This document shows positions 29,087 to 39,407 of a stretch of 64,000 bases of DNA, piece by piece. The stretch is from Candidatus Latescibacterota bacterium. Its GTDB lineage: Bacteria; Latescibacterota; UBA2968; GCA-2709665. A program made the translations under genes and the position numbers. The stretch covers positions 4,064,001 to 4,128,000 of the forward strand of contig OZ244744.1 in assembly GCA_965219455.1 (NCBI GenBank), in the 5' to 3' direction. The notes below the pieces were generated by a model that worked only from the letters and a program-made list of their open reading frames with translations, was not told where the DNA came from and ran no database searches. Each line of letters begins with the position of its first letter. Position 1 is the stretch's first letter.

Positions 29087-30205
29087 CTACACCCAGGCCC
29101 TCGAATCGGGCACATCCAGCCATGCGCCGTCATCTGCGATGGATGCCTGGCTGATCAGACCGGGAAGTGTCATATCCATGGCCTCGTGGATCCCAATTGG
29201 GCAGGGTGCCGTTCCCGCGATGGCGTTCACAAAATCAAGAATCTCGAAATAATCCCCTCCGCCGTGGCCCGCCTTTAGCGCATCTTCGGAAGGGTTTCGC
29301 CACATCTCCGGTATATATTCTTCTTCCAAATCCGACAGATCCATCCAGGAATTCCTGTCCTGGCACAAATCCGCCAGCCAGATACGGTGCGCCTCCCCTT
29401 TCGCACGTGCGGACTCATAACACCCGGTGGTGCCTTGAAGGGAATAGTTCGTCATTGAATGGGGTCGCTCCGACAGCATATCGACCCGAATCTTGATCAA
29501 CCCGCCCCGGGCGGTTTTGCACAGCATCACGCAGGAATCCTGATTCTCATATTGATTCCCTCGGGGATCTTCGTAATGATGTCCGCTGCCCTCGCAACAG
29601 ACCCGCGCCACCCGGTCGCCCGCCATCCATTGAAGAATCGGTCCCAAGCTGTGCGTGCCATAGGTTACGCCGTCGATCCCGGTCTGCCATTTCCGCCGCC
29701 ACGTGGTCTTCTCATTCAACCCCTTCAACTCGTGGATATACTCCCCCTCCGCATAATAAACCTCCCCGAACAGCCCGCGCCGCGTGAGCTCTTTCACGAG
29801 CACATTGGGTTTCATATACGTGAAATTTTCGGCCATCATGTATATTGCGTGGCTGGCAGTGGCGGCGACTACGAGACGTTTGCACTCGTCGACTGAAACC
29901 GACGCTGTCACCTCGCTCAGTACATGGACGCCCGACTCCAGGGCCGCGATCGCCTGCGGAGCGTGGAACTGCATTGGCGTGCCGATAACCACGGCATCCA
30001 GGTCGGATTTTTCCAGCATTACCTCGTAGTCTGCATAGGTCTCCGAGGCGCCCAGCTTTTCGGCCGCCGCATCCAGCATCTCCTCCCGGATATCGCAGAC
30101 GGCATGCAGCCGGGCGATGGGATGCGCGTCAAAAGCCGCCCTAAAACCTCCGCCTCTTCCCGCCGCGCCGGCAACGCCGACATTCAACCTCTCCAGAATG
30201 GCCAT
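29087..30205 (-). CDS. Gfo/Idh/MocA family oxidoreductase
   Basis: IGTPMQFH, VLSEV, YMMAEN, EGEYIH, YGTHSLGP, GHGGGD. Confidence 0.9.
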   Translation of the reverse strand: MAILERLNVGVAGAAGRGGGFRAAFDAHPIARLHAVCDIREEMLDAAAEKLGASETYADYEVMLEKSDLDAVVIGTPMQFHAPQAIAALESGVHVLSEVTASVSVDECKRLVVAATASHAIYMMAENFTYMKPNVLVKELTRRGLFGEVYYAEGEYIHELKGLNEKTTWRRKWQTGIDGVTYGTHSLGPILQWMAGDRVARVCCEGSGHHYEDPRGNQYENQDSCVMLCKTARGGLIKIRVDMLSERPHSMTNYSLQGTTGCYESARAKGEAHRIWLADLCQDRNSWMDLSDLEEEYIPEMWRNPSEDALKAGHGGGDYFEILDFVNAIAGTAPCPIGIHEAMDMTLPGLISQASIADDGAWLDVPDSRAWV

Positions 30206-30356
30206 CTCGTCTTCCCCTGTCGGGTTGGAATGCGAATGAATCCTCGATGTCGGCGACCCGCAGAAAGGTCCGGGACCGCCACCGAAAGATCGAAAGTCCA
30301 TTGGCAGGCAGCCGCCATCAAGGCGTCGCAAACAAACGGATGTCGCGCGTGATGCG

Positions 30357-31148
30357 TCAGTTCCGCCCCGGTCGCTCGATCTTTCGCCGGGAGGCCGGAA
30401 CCCGGAAGCCATCCCCTATGAATACGTCGAGAGCCGGCCCCGACTTCAGGAAGTCCATAAACCGCCGAGTATTTGCGTCATCCCGTCCCATCACGATCGC
30501 AACGACATAAACAATCGTTTCATGCGTCTCGGCTGGAAACACGGCCAGCGCTTCCACCCGATCGCTGGAGGCCGCGTCGGTCGCATACACAACGCCTGCC
30601 GCGCAGGCGCCCTGTTCCACAAATGCAAGCGCAGAACGCACGTCCTGACCGGCGGCCAGGCGGCTGCTCAGATCCGCCCACCATCCAAGGCTGACGAGCG
30701 CCTGCTTCGCGTATATCCCTGCAGGAACGAGATCGGGATCCGCTACAGCCAGCGGCCCTTCGAACGCCGCGGCGAAATCAAATTCCTTCTCGCATACAAC
30801 GTCAAACCCCTTTCCCCTGGGAGCCACCACCACCAGCGCGTTGCCAAGCAGGTCGGTCCGGGTGTACGGGTGAATCAACCCCCGTAACTCCAGATAATCC
30901 ATCCACGCCGGATTCGCGGAGATGTAAACCTCGGCCGGCGCCCCCCGCTCGATCTGCCTGGCCAGTGTCGAAGACGCCGCGAATGAAAACCGGATATCTA
31001 CCTCGTTCTCCTTCTCGAATATTCTTTCAATCCGCTTCATTGAACCGATCAAGCTGACCGCGGCATACACCCGGACGGATTCAGCCTGAAGCCGTGAATT
31101 CATCCAAACCAATAGGACAAGACACCATGCCAACCGGAATACCGTCAT
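30357..31148 (-). CDS. modA: Molybdate ABC transporter substrate-binding protein
   Basis: Signal peptide; YAAVSL, FAASSTLARQIE.GAPA, VPAGIYA, GVVYATDA. Confidence 0.92.
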   Translation of the reverse strand: MTVFRLAWCLVLLVWMNSRLQAESVRVYAAVSLIGSMKRIERIFEKENEVDIRFSFAASSTLARQIERGAPAEVYISANPAWMDYLELRGLIHPYTRTDLLGNALVVVAPRGKGFDVVCEKEFDFAAAFEGPLAVADPDLVPAGIYAKQALVSLGWWADLSSRLAAGQDVRSALAFVEQGACAAGVVYATDAASSDRVEALAVFPAETHETIVYVVAIVMGRDDANTRRFMDFLKSGPALDVFIGDGFRVPASRRKIERPGRN

Positions 31149-31313
31149 TTTCGATCTCAAGGACAGCCTGAATTTCCGTTGCGTCAGTCACGTCTTATTT
31201 AACAAAAAAACACCTTCCGTGCAAATCACTTTTTCTATGCCGAATCGCCCCGGAATGGCTCCGGCATTGGCCTGGTGCGCATCCTGAAAGATCAGAGGCA
31301 CCACCCGCCCCAC

Positions 31314-31342
31314 TTGATAGCACACCCGATTTCATGTATACT
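31314..31342 (+). promoter_or_regulatory. Sigma70-like promoter
   Basis: TTGATA-17 nt-TATACT upstream of ATG 31379. Confidence 0.6.
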
Positions 31343-31378
31343 ATCGCCAACTTCATTTCACTGAAGGAAACCAATGCC

Positions 31379-32842
31379 ATGACGATTGACGTCAACCCGG
31401 GTCCGAACCCCGAAGTGCTGGAAGCCCAATCCCGGGTCTGCACCGGACCCCATCAATCCCGCCCGCTGGGTCTGAAGCCCGCAGACCCCCACCCCGGCCG
31501 TATTCTGGATCTGATTCTTTGTTCGGCCAGGGGTGAATTGCCCGATAGGCTGCGGGTATCGCCCGTTCAGATGGGCGCGTTCTTCGTGGCCATGGCCCTG
31601 CGACGCCACTTTCCGTCCAGGACAGGGTGGAGTTGCGCCGAAACGGGAGCTTTTGAAAAATGTCGTTCGGCCCTCCGTCAAGACCTGCCGTCCGAAATCC
31701 TCTATCTGCTGGACACGCGCACGAAACCGGAAGCGCAAAACGAACAGGAAGCGGTTCTCATTTCCGCTCTCGGTAAAATCCTCGCCGGGGAGCATCTCAG
31801 CTACGGCGGGACCCGCCGGATGTGCGAGGCCATCCTGAGCGGGCATGTGCGAGCCGCTCTCAAGGGCGCGGCGCTCATCGGCCAGAGGATGAATCGCGAA
31901 ACATACGACGAGGCGCGCGGATACCTGGACGCCGCGTTTGACCCGTCTGGCGTCGTGGAACTGAACGTTGGCTCGCTGACCCATTTCGGTGAACCGTACG
32001 ACGGATCGAGCAAATATTTCCGCCCGACCCTCTTCGTCGCGGCGGTCAGGGCGGCGCTGGGTCGACCGACGGTTCTGCACGGCGTAGACGGAATGCCGCC
32101 GAAATGGGGGGTCACCGACGAACAGATCCTGAAGGCGCTGGGGGCAAGCGTAGATCTCACTCTGCAACAGGCCGGGCGTCTGATTGAGAACCCAAATGTG
32201 GGTTTTGCCTACGTCAGCCAGCGCATTTTCTCACCAGAGGCTTACGCTGCCAGGGAACTCCGTGCGCATATTGGAAAACGGCCTCCCTGGGCGGCAACGG
32301 AGAAAGCCCAGCAGCTTTTCACGTGTCCAGGCAAGAACCACATGGTCGTCGGCTACTACCATCCGGGCTACGAAGATATGTTTCTTCAACTGGCAAAGGA
32401 TCGCGGTCTCAACTCCGGCCTTGTCGTGAAGGGTATCGAAGGCGCCGGTTCCTTCGGCCTCCGACTGGGCAAACCCTCCGACGGCGAACGAAAGGCCATC
32501 AACAATATACGGGGCTTCAAAACCAGCGCAGCGAGACTCGAATCCTACGATCGCGACATTGACCCGGCTGCCGCAGGATTCTGTTATAACCGGCATCCGC
32601 GCCCCGAAACCGTATGTGCGGAAGCCTTCGCAAAAGCGGGCTATGCCGCGCTTTCCGGACAAAGAGGCTGGGTCTACGACCAGATCGTGCTCAACGCCGC
32701 AATTAAAGACAATTTACTCGGATTTGATGTCGATCCATCCGCGGCAATCGAACGCGCAAAGGGCGCTATTGACAGCCGCCGCGCCGTGGCGCACCTGAAC
32801 GCATACGTCGAAGCATCGAACGGAGTCGTACCTGAAGCGTAA
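31379..32842 (+). CDS. Anthranilate phosphoribosyltransferase-like (TrpD2/YbiB-type) protein
   Basis: GEPYDG, LHG...MPPKWGVT, IGKRPP.AT.EK, GYYHPGY, VKGIEG; no GTGGD motif. Confidence 0.7.
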   Translation: MTIDVNPGPNPEVLEAQSRVCTGPHQSRPLGLKPADPHPGRILDLILCSARGELPDRLRVSPVQMGAFFVAMALRRHFPSRTGWSCAETGAFEKCRSALRQDLPSEILYLLDTRTKPEAQNEQEAVLISALGKILAGEHLSYGGTRRMCEAILSGHVRAALKGAALIGQRMNRETYDEARGYLDAAFDPSGVVELNVGSLTHFGEPYDGSSKYFRPTLFVAAVRAALGRPTVLHGVDGMPPKWGVTDEQILKALGASVDLTLQQAGRLIENPNVGFAYVSQRIFSPEAYAARELRAHIGKRPPWAATEKAQQLFTCPGKNHMVVGYYHPGYEDMFLQLAKDRGLNSGLVVKGIEGAGSFGLRLGKPSDGERKAINNIRGFKTSAARLESYDRDIDPAAAGFCYNRHPRPETVCAEAFAKAGYAALSGQRGWVYDQIVLNAAIKDNLLGFDVDPSAAIERAKGAIDSRRAVAHLNAYVEASNGVVPEA

Positions 32843-32878
32843 TGTAATCATCGGTTCGAAACGAAGGGAACCATCTCT

Positions 32879-34414
32879 ATGGACTCGGATGTCGTCGTCG
32901 TTGGCGCCGGCCACAATGGCCTCACCGCCGCTGCCTATCTCGCAAAATCCGGGCTAAACGTCCGGGTGTTTGAACGCCGGTCCTTTGTCGGCGGCGCCTC
33001 CATCACAGAAGAACTCTGGCCGGGGTTCCATTTCTCAACCTGCGCCCACATGATCCATGGCCTGCCCCCGAAAATAATACGGGATCTCGAACTCTACGAA
33101 CGTGGTATGAAGATGCTGCCGCGCGAGGGGTACATCCGCCTCCGCGCCGACGGCACCTATCATGGACCCTCAGATCACGACTCTCCCAGAAATCGAACCC
33201 ACGGGAGCCGCCTCACCAATACCGAACGCGCGGACTCACGTCGGTACGGTGAGTTCAAGCGCATTCTCTCTGATATCGTCACCCCTTATAGATTCCAGGC
33301 GCCCCCACCCCTGGACGAAGTACGTTCCCGGATAGCCGGTACTCCAGCGGCCGGCGTGCTCGAGAGAGCCATTTCCACCCGAATCCGGGAACTTCAGGAC
33401 GAGTTCCTCTCTACCGACCACCTGAAGGATCTCCACGCCTCGGAGGGTGCCTCCGTCGGCCGGAATCCCCTTGGGCTGCACTTTGCCTACGGTTCCATCA
33501 ACCGCCCCGACACCGAAACCGGGGAAGCCCATCCTTATGGCTACGTTTCAGGCGGAATGGGCGCCGTCAGCGATGCAATTGCCGAGGCAGCGCGAGAGAC
33601 GGGCGCGGCCATCCACCTCGATGCAGGCGTCGAGGGATTCCTCGTGGAAGACAATGCCGTTATCGGTGTCCGCCTGGAAAACGGGGAGGAGGTCCGCAGC
33701 CGCATCACCGTTTCCAACCTGGACCCCAAGCACACCTTCCTCAGACTCATGCCGTCCGAATGGGTGGACGCCCGGTTGCGCAGGCGTCTTGAAGGCCTGA
33801 TTACCCACGTAAGCTGTTACAAACTCCTCGCCGTTATCAGCGAAGCGCCGCAGTGGAAGTATTGGGACGGGGACCCGGAACAACCCTACCGGGGGGCGAT
33901 CACCCTTCACGCCTCAAGGGCGGAAATCGACGCGGCCTATGACGAGTTGGAAGCCGGTCTGCCCGTGCGCAAACCCGTTATCAGTTTTTCGATGCCGTCG
34001 TTCGCAGACCCCGCCCTCAGCCGACCGGGCTATCACACCGCCTCCGTGTGGATCTATCCGGCGCCCGCAAGCCTGCGCTCCGGCAAGTGGGACGACGTCC
34101 GGGAAGAGGTCGCGGAAGGGATCATAGACCAGATCACCGAGTTTGCGCCCAACTTCAGGTCCTCCATACGAAACTACATCTTCCGAACGCCCCAGGACAT
34201 CGAACGGGAAAACGGCCTGACGGACGGGTGTATCTGGCATGTACAACACGCCGGCGAGCATCTCTTCTGGAACCGGCCCCTTCCGGAACTCTCGCAGTAT
34301 CGAGCGCCGCAAAAAGGCCTGTACCTCTGCGGCGCGGGACAGCATCCCGGCGGCGAAGTGAGTGGTATTCCAGGCCACAATGCCGCGCAGGAAATCCTCA
34401 AGGATCTGGCATGA
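32879..34414 (+). CDS. Phytoene desaturase-like NAD(P)/FAD oxidoreductase
   Basis: VGAGHNGL.AAAYLA, GGMGA, LYLCGAGQHPGGEVSG.PG.NAA. Confidence 0.9.
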   Translation: MDSDVVVVGAGHNGLTAAAYLAKSGLNVRVFERRSFVGGASITEELWPGFHFSTCAHMIHGLPPKIIRDLELYERGMKMLPREGYIRLRADGTYHGPSDHDSPRNRTHGSRLTNTERADSRRYGEFKRILSDIVTPYRFQAPPPLDEVRSRIAGTPAAGVLERAISTRIRELQDEFLSTDHLKDLHASEGASVGRNPLGLHFAYGSINRPDTETGEAHPYGYVSGGMGAVSDAIAEAARETGAAIHLDAGVEGFLVEDNAVIGVRLENGEEVRSRITVSNLDPKHTFLRLMPSEWVDARLRRRLEGLITHVSCYKLLAVISEAPQWKYWDGDPEQPYRGAITLHASRAEIDAAYDELEAGLPVRKPVISFSMPSFADPALSRPGYHTASVWIYPAPASLRSGKWDDVREEVAEGIIDQITEFAPNFRSSIRNYIFRTPQDIERENGLTDGCIWHVQHAGEHLFWNRPLPELSQYRAPQKGLYLCGAGQHPGGEVSGIPGHNAAQEILKDLA

Positions 34415-34550
34415 TGCTCGAATCCACCGGACCGAAGGGTCGCCCGTTGGTCCCTTTCTCACCCACTGGGAGAGGGACGTCGCGCGTCATGCCGCCGATC
34501 GAGCGCTATCTCAAGTATCACCCTCACGTCCCCTTCTTTTAGGGTGCCCC

Positions 34551-37508
34551 ATGCCTGGCGAACATTTCATCGCCTCCGAACGGATCGCCAACGCGCGTCG
34601 CAACATTGAACAAATGCCCTGGGCTGCCGCCGAACGGGACGCTGCCGTCGATTGTGCCCGACGCTGGCTTGACCTGGACGATGACGCCCTGTGGACACTG
34701 GTTGCCGGGCAAACCACCGGTCGCAGCACCAACGCGAGCGTCTCCAAAGGGTGTCCGCAATGCGGCGACGGCATCAATCGCTATGGGGGTGCCTTCAAAG
34801 TGGACGTTCTCCGCGACCCCTGGAAGATCATCTGCCCCAACTGCAGCGGCCGTTTCCCCAGCAACGACTTTGCCGCTTTTTACAAGAGCGGCAAAGGCCC
34901 CGACGGACTCTTTCATCCCGAGAAAGCCGACCGTAGCCTGCTCTTCAATACCCAACATCCTGATAGCAACGACCCCCTTTACGCGTGGTGCGTGGACGAC
35001 GGTACTGGCTGGACCGACGACACCGGAGAATCATTCAAACTCGTTGGCGTCTATGGACACCATGGCATCTGGAACGAAATACGGTCCGCCTGCCAGGGGT
35101 TGAAGCGGGCATACCTGCTCACGGGCGACCCCATGTACGCCCACAAAGCCGGCATCCTGCTGGCCAGAATCGCCGACGTCTATCCCGACATGCACTGGTC
35201 CTACTGGGCGAGACTCGGATTCTTCAACTCGGACGGATTGAGCGGACGGGGTCGTATCTACGGCCGCATCTGGGAGCCGGGCCTGCTCATCACCTTCACG
35301 GAATGTTATGACGCCGTCCGAACGGCGTGGCGGGATGACGACCCACTCTTCACTTTCCTCTCACGTAAACAAAACGTCCACGGTTTGTTTTCCCGGAACA
35401 ACGTGGACGAACTGTGCCGCCATATTGAAGATCGTATCATCCGCGAGGGCATTGCCGCCATCCTCGCGGGCGACGTCGCCCGAAACGAACCCGGCGATCA
35501 GGTCACGATGGCCGTCCTCTCCGTTGCCCTGGATGCGGAAGATACCGATCACTGGCTGGACTGGGTCTTCAAAGCCGGCAAACTGCGCGGTCAAAAACCG
35601 AACGGCGGTCACATCCCGAAACTCTTCGCGGGAGAAATCGACCGGGACGGTATCGGCTCCGAAGCCGCGCCTTCCTACAGCTTGGGCTGGCTCCACAAAT
35701 CCCAGGGTATGAACGATCTGGACCGTGTACTCAGATGCCGGCGCTCGTACACCCGTCACAACGTCCGCGGATATTTCCGGTACAAGCAGATGTTTCTGGG
35801 CCACATTCGCATGATCTGCCTGGGGAAATACATCCCCAACATTGGCGACACGGGCCACACGGGCAGCCCCAACCTTTGCGGTCTCACCGCCGAGCAATGT
35901 CTGGAGGGCCTTGAGCTGTTCGGCGATCCCATTTTCGCCAGGGCCGCTCACCACCTCGTTGGCGGAGATCTGACACGGATTCACGGCAGCATCTTCGACG
36001 AGGATCCGGAAGCCATCCGGCGTCGCGTGACAGAGACCGTAGCGCAACACGGACCCTTCCGCCTCGATTCTGACGTGATGGCGGGGTACGGTCTGGCCCT
36101 GCTCAGAGACGGCACGGATGAAACCGAACGCACCCTCTGGCTCTACTACGGCCGCAACACCGGCCATGGGCATGCGGACCGATTAAATCTGGGTCTCTAC
36201 GCCTTCGGCTTGGACCTGTTGCCTGACCTGGGCTATCCCGAACACGCGCGCGTATGGCCCAAACGCTCAGGCTGGACAAGCCATACCGTCTCCCACAACA
36301 CGGTCCTGGTTGACCGAAGCAAGCAGATTGGCGATTATTCCGGAAAGGTCGACCTCTATGCAACCACGGAGGAAGCTCAGGTGGTCTCCGTTTCATCGAC
36401 CGACGTCTACCCACAGTGCTCGATCTACCGTCGCACCAGCGCGCTTGTGCGCATCTCCGATACGGACTTCTATGTGGCAGACCTTTTCCAGGTCTCCGGC
36501 GGTAATTCCCACCACTTTCTCTTCCATGCAGCCGAAGGGATCGTCCGGACTGAGGGTCTCGACCTAACGCCGCAGGATAAAGGCACCTACGCAGGCGAAG
36601 ACGTCAAGTTCGGAGAATTTTACGATGGCGAAGTTCGCAACTATAGTGGCAGCGGCTTCCAGTACCTCTACGACGTAAAGCGGTGTGCGGCCCCGGTCGG
36701 CACGGTCTCCGTCGACTGGACCATTACCGATACGTGGCAGGTGCTCCCCGCATCACCCAGGCCCGGCGCTCCAACCGACATCCACCTGCGATGGAATTTG
36801 ATGAACGCACCTGGCGAGATTGCCCTCTGTCACGGCGATCCACCCCTCAACAAACCCGGTAACCCCCGGTGTTTGACCTACGGCATTGTCGCCCATGAGG
36901 GTAAAACGCCCCTCAATTCCGGCTATTTGAGCCTCATCGAAGCTTTCAGAAAAAACCGGAATATTGTGCAAATTGAAGAAATCGACCTCCCTGGCGGACC
37001 CGTTCTCCGTGCGCTAAGAGTCCGCCTGCCGGACGAATATACCCACACAGTCATTTTCGGCGACGGGCACACCTCCATTAACATAGACGGCCGCATTCGC
37101 TTCGACGGCATTTTCGGAATCTTTGCCGAATCGAAAAACGGTCCGCAATGGGCCACGCTCGTCGGCGGGACTATCTTAGGTACCGAATCTCACGCCATCC
37201 GGAAAGCGGAAGCCGCCTGGACCGGCATCGTCTCCACCCACGAGCCCGGGGTCATCCACGCAGCCGGTCCACCACCCAACCGACCCCTTGCAGGCGCTTA
37301 CATCTCCATCCGGAACGATAACGAACGCGATGCCTGCTATCGGATCCGGAGCGTCGAGCGCAAAAACAATAAGACCCTCATCCACGTCGGCGATGAAAAT
37401 TTCATCCGCGGAATGGTGGACGACCTGGATGACACAAAAGGATTCCGCTACGACTTTGAATCGGGTGACGCGTTTAAAGTTGTCCACACCGCATTTGAAC
37501 GCTGGTAA
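34551..37508 (+). CDS. Heparinase II/III-like polysaccharide lyase
   Basis: GHGHADRLNL, PDLGY, SHNTVLVD; N-terminal CPQC...CPNC. Confidence 0.8.
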   Translation: MPGEHFIASERIANARRNIEQMPWAAAERDAAVDCARRWLDLDDDALWTLVAGQTTGRSTNASVSKGCPQCGDGINRYGGAFKVDVLRDPWKIICPNCSGRFPSNDFAAFYKSGKGPDGLFHPEKADRSLLFNTQHPDSNDPLYAWCVDDGTGWTDDTGESFKLVGVYGHHGIWNEIRSACQGLKRAYLLTGDPMYAHKAGILLARIADVYPDMHWSYWARLGFFNSDGLSGRGRIYGRIWEPGLLITFTECYDAVRTAWRDDDPLFTFLSRKQNVHGLFSRNNVDELCRHIEDRIIREGIAAILAGDVARNEPGDQVTMAVLSVALDAEDTDHWLDWVFKAGKLRGQKPNGGHIPKLFAGEIDRDGIGSEAAPSYSLGWLHKSQGMNDLDRVLRCRRSYTRHNVRGYFRYKQMFLGHIRMICLGKYIPNIGDTGHTGSPNLCGLTAEQCLEGLELFGDPIFARAAHHLVGGDLTRIHGSIFDEDPEAIRRRVTETVAQHGPFRLDSDVMAGYGLALLRDGTDETERTLWLYYGRNTGHGHADRLNLGLYAFGLDLLPDLGYPEHARVWPKRSGWTSHTVSHNTVLVDRSKQIGDYSGKVDLYATTEEAQVVSVSSTDVYPQCSIYRRTSALVRISDTDFYVADLFQVSGGNSHHFLFHAAEGIVRTEGLDLTPQDKGTYAGEDVKFGEFYDGEVRNYSGSGFQYLYDVKRCAAPVGTVSVDWTITDTWQVLPASPRPGAPTDIHLRWNLMNAPGEIALCHGDPPLNKPGNPRCLTYGIVAHEGKTPLNSGYLSLIEAFRKNRNIVQIEEIDLPGGPVLRALRVRLPDEYTHTVIFGDGHTSINIDGRIRFDGIFGIFAESKNGPQWATLVGGTILGTESHAIRKAEAAWTGIVSTHEPGVIHAAGPPPNRPLAGAYISIRNDNERDACYRIRSVERKNNKTLIHVGDENFIRGMVDDLDDTKGFRYDFESGDAFKVVHTAFERW

Positions 37509-37670
37509 AATTGAATGAGAATCAAGAACCTGCAACTGGCGCCGAATTTTTCTTCTGATTTCGTCCCGAAATTTCGTCCCGTACGTTATAATGGCGGAAA
37601 CACCACGAATTGTTGAGTTTACGTTGCCTGTGGTAAGATCCGCAGATTTTCACTTAAAATTCTGATTTTT

Positions 37671-38033
37671 ATGTCTCAAGCCCTTCTCATTGTAGATCAT
37701 GGCTCCACCCGGGACGAAGCCAATCGAATGCTGGAAGACGTTGCGGACGTCGTGCGGCGAAAACGTCCCGGGCTGATCGTACATATCGCCCATATGGAAC
37801 TCGCCCACCCCACCCTGGAAGAAGGCGTTGAAGCCTGCGTTCGCGACGGTGCAGCCGAGGTCATCGTTCACCCCTACATGCTCTCGCCCGGCCGCCACGC
37901 CGCTCACGACATCCCGGATATGGTTACACAAACCGCGGTCCGTTTTCCGGGCGTCAGGTTCCGGGTCACCGGCCCCCTGGGTATCCACGACAAAATCGGT
38001 GAGGTCGTCATCGAACGTGCCGGACTTGAATAG
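37671..38033 (+). CDS. Small CbiX/SirB-type sirohydrochlorin chelatase
   Basis: DHGS, AHMELA.PT, PYMLSPGRH...DIP, PLG.H. Confidence 0.88.
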   Translation: MSQALLIVDHGSTRDEANRMLEDVADVVRRKRPGLIVHIAHMELAHPTLEEGVEACVRDGAAEVIVHPYMLSPGRHAAHDIPDMVTQTAVRFPGVRFRVTGPLGIHDKIGEVVIERAGLE

Positions 38034-38107
38034 GTATGCCAGGTCGTGAGGTCTCCTTGCGGCAGCCCGCTGCCATCAACGCCGCCTTACGGCCGCCAGG
38101 TACTCCG

Positions 38108-39304
38108 ATGCCCGTAACGCAACGTCCCATGCTCAGGGTTTGTCTGATCACCTGTGCACACACGACGGTGGATTTCTACATGACCCTGTTCCCACCGTTG
38201 CTCGCCCTGTTTAAAAACCTCTACGGGCTTTCGCTGGTGGAGGCCTCCCTCCTTCCCATGGTCGTTTCTCTTTTCGGTAACATTCCACAACCGTTTATGG
38301 GCTACCTTGCCGACCGGACCAATCGAATGCGCCTGGCCTCGCTCGGCGTGCTGGCGTGCGGTCTTTTCGTATCCGTAATCGGCGTGTTACCCTCGGCAGG
38401 CGTGCTGGCCGTCTTTCTGGTTCTGGCCTCGCTCGGTTCATCCCTTTTTCATCCGACTGCCGGGGGCCTCGTGACGACTTCGTTGCCCAGGCGCACCAAC
38501 TTCGCAATGGCCGTCTTCCTCACTGGCGGTCCTCTGGGCATGGCCATCGCTCCCGTAACCGGGACGCAGATTGTTGCACGATACGGACTGGATACCCTCT
38601 GGATCGTTGTTTTTCCATGTCTCGTGGCCGCCGCTGTGCTATCCCGCCTGTCGAAGACAACAACCTCGGAAGAAAGGGCGAAACCTTCCGTCCGTATCAA
38701 CTTCGCTCTCTTGAGGGCGGCGGCGATGCGGCCGCTGTGGATCCTCTATGCAATCGCGGTATGTCGATCACTGGTACACGCTGCCTGTGTCAGCTTCATA
38801 TCCATCGTAGGTTTCGACAGGACGTGGGACATCTCCAAAATCGGCTGGGTGTTGTCCGCCTACCTGATCGCGGCCACGCTGGGCCGCCTGGCCGGCGGAT
38901 ATCTCGGCGACCGCGTGGCTCCCCGCAAGCTTCTGGGGTGGTCCTGTGCGTTCTCTACCGTTTTCTACGTTGTCTTTTGCTTCACTTCCGGACCCGTTTC
39001 TCTGGTTTGTTTTCTGTTCGCCGGGTTCATTTTCGACCTCGGCGCCACCACCAACATTGTGTTGGCGCAGCGTATCCTGCCGCAACACGCCAGTATGGCC
39101 ACCGGTCTGGTGATGGGATTTGCGTGGGGTGTCTCGGGTCTGCTCCTTCCCGGGATCGGACTCCTTGCAGACATCACGTCCATCGGTTTTGCTCTGGCGT
39201 GCGTCTCTCTCATTCTACTTCCCTCCGCCGCGCTTGTCGCGGCCCTGCCCGACCCGCCCCACCGGGAAAACGCCGTAGCAGCTTCCGATCGCCAAACGAC
39301 ATAA
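38108..39304 (+). CDS. MFS transporter (Fsr-like)
   Basis: About 12 hydrophobic segments; QPFMGYLADR, SLFHP, GGYLGDR. Start may be 38036. Confidence 0.88.
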   Translation: MPVTQRPMLRVCLITCAHTTVDFYMTLFPPLLALFKNLYGLSLVEASLLPMVVSLFGNIPQPFMGYLADRTNRMRLASLGVLACGLFVSVIGVLPSAGVLAVFLVLASLGSSLFHPTAGGLVTTSLPRRTNFAMAVFLTGGPLGMAIAPVTGTQIVARYGLDTLWIVVFPCLVAAAVLSRLSKTTTSEERAKPSVRINFALLRAAAMRPLWILYAIAVCRSLVHAACVSFISIVGFDRTWDISKIGWVLSAYLIAATLGRLAGGYLGDRVAPRKLLGWSCAFSTVFYVVFCFTSGPVSLVCFLFAGFIFDLGATTNIVLAQRILPQHASMATGLVMGFAWGVSGLLLPGIGLLADITSIGFALACVSLILLPSAALVAALPDPPHRENAVAASDRQTT

Positions 39305-39407
39305 ACGGAACCTTGGGGTGGATACCCCGTCCATAGTGAAAAGGCCGGTGAGAAACGGTGGATCAAATTCGTACGGTATCGATATATTATAATCCGGGAG
39401 CCGGACA

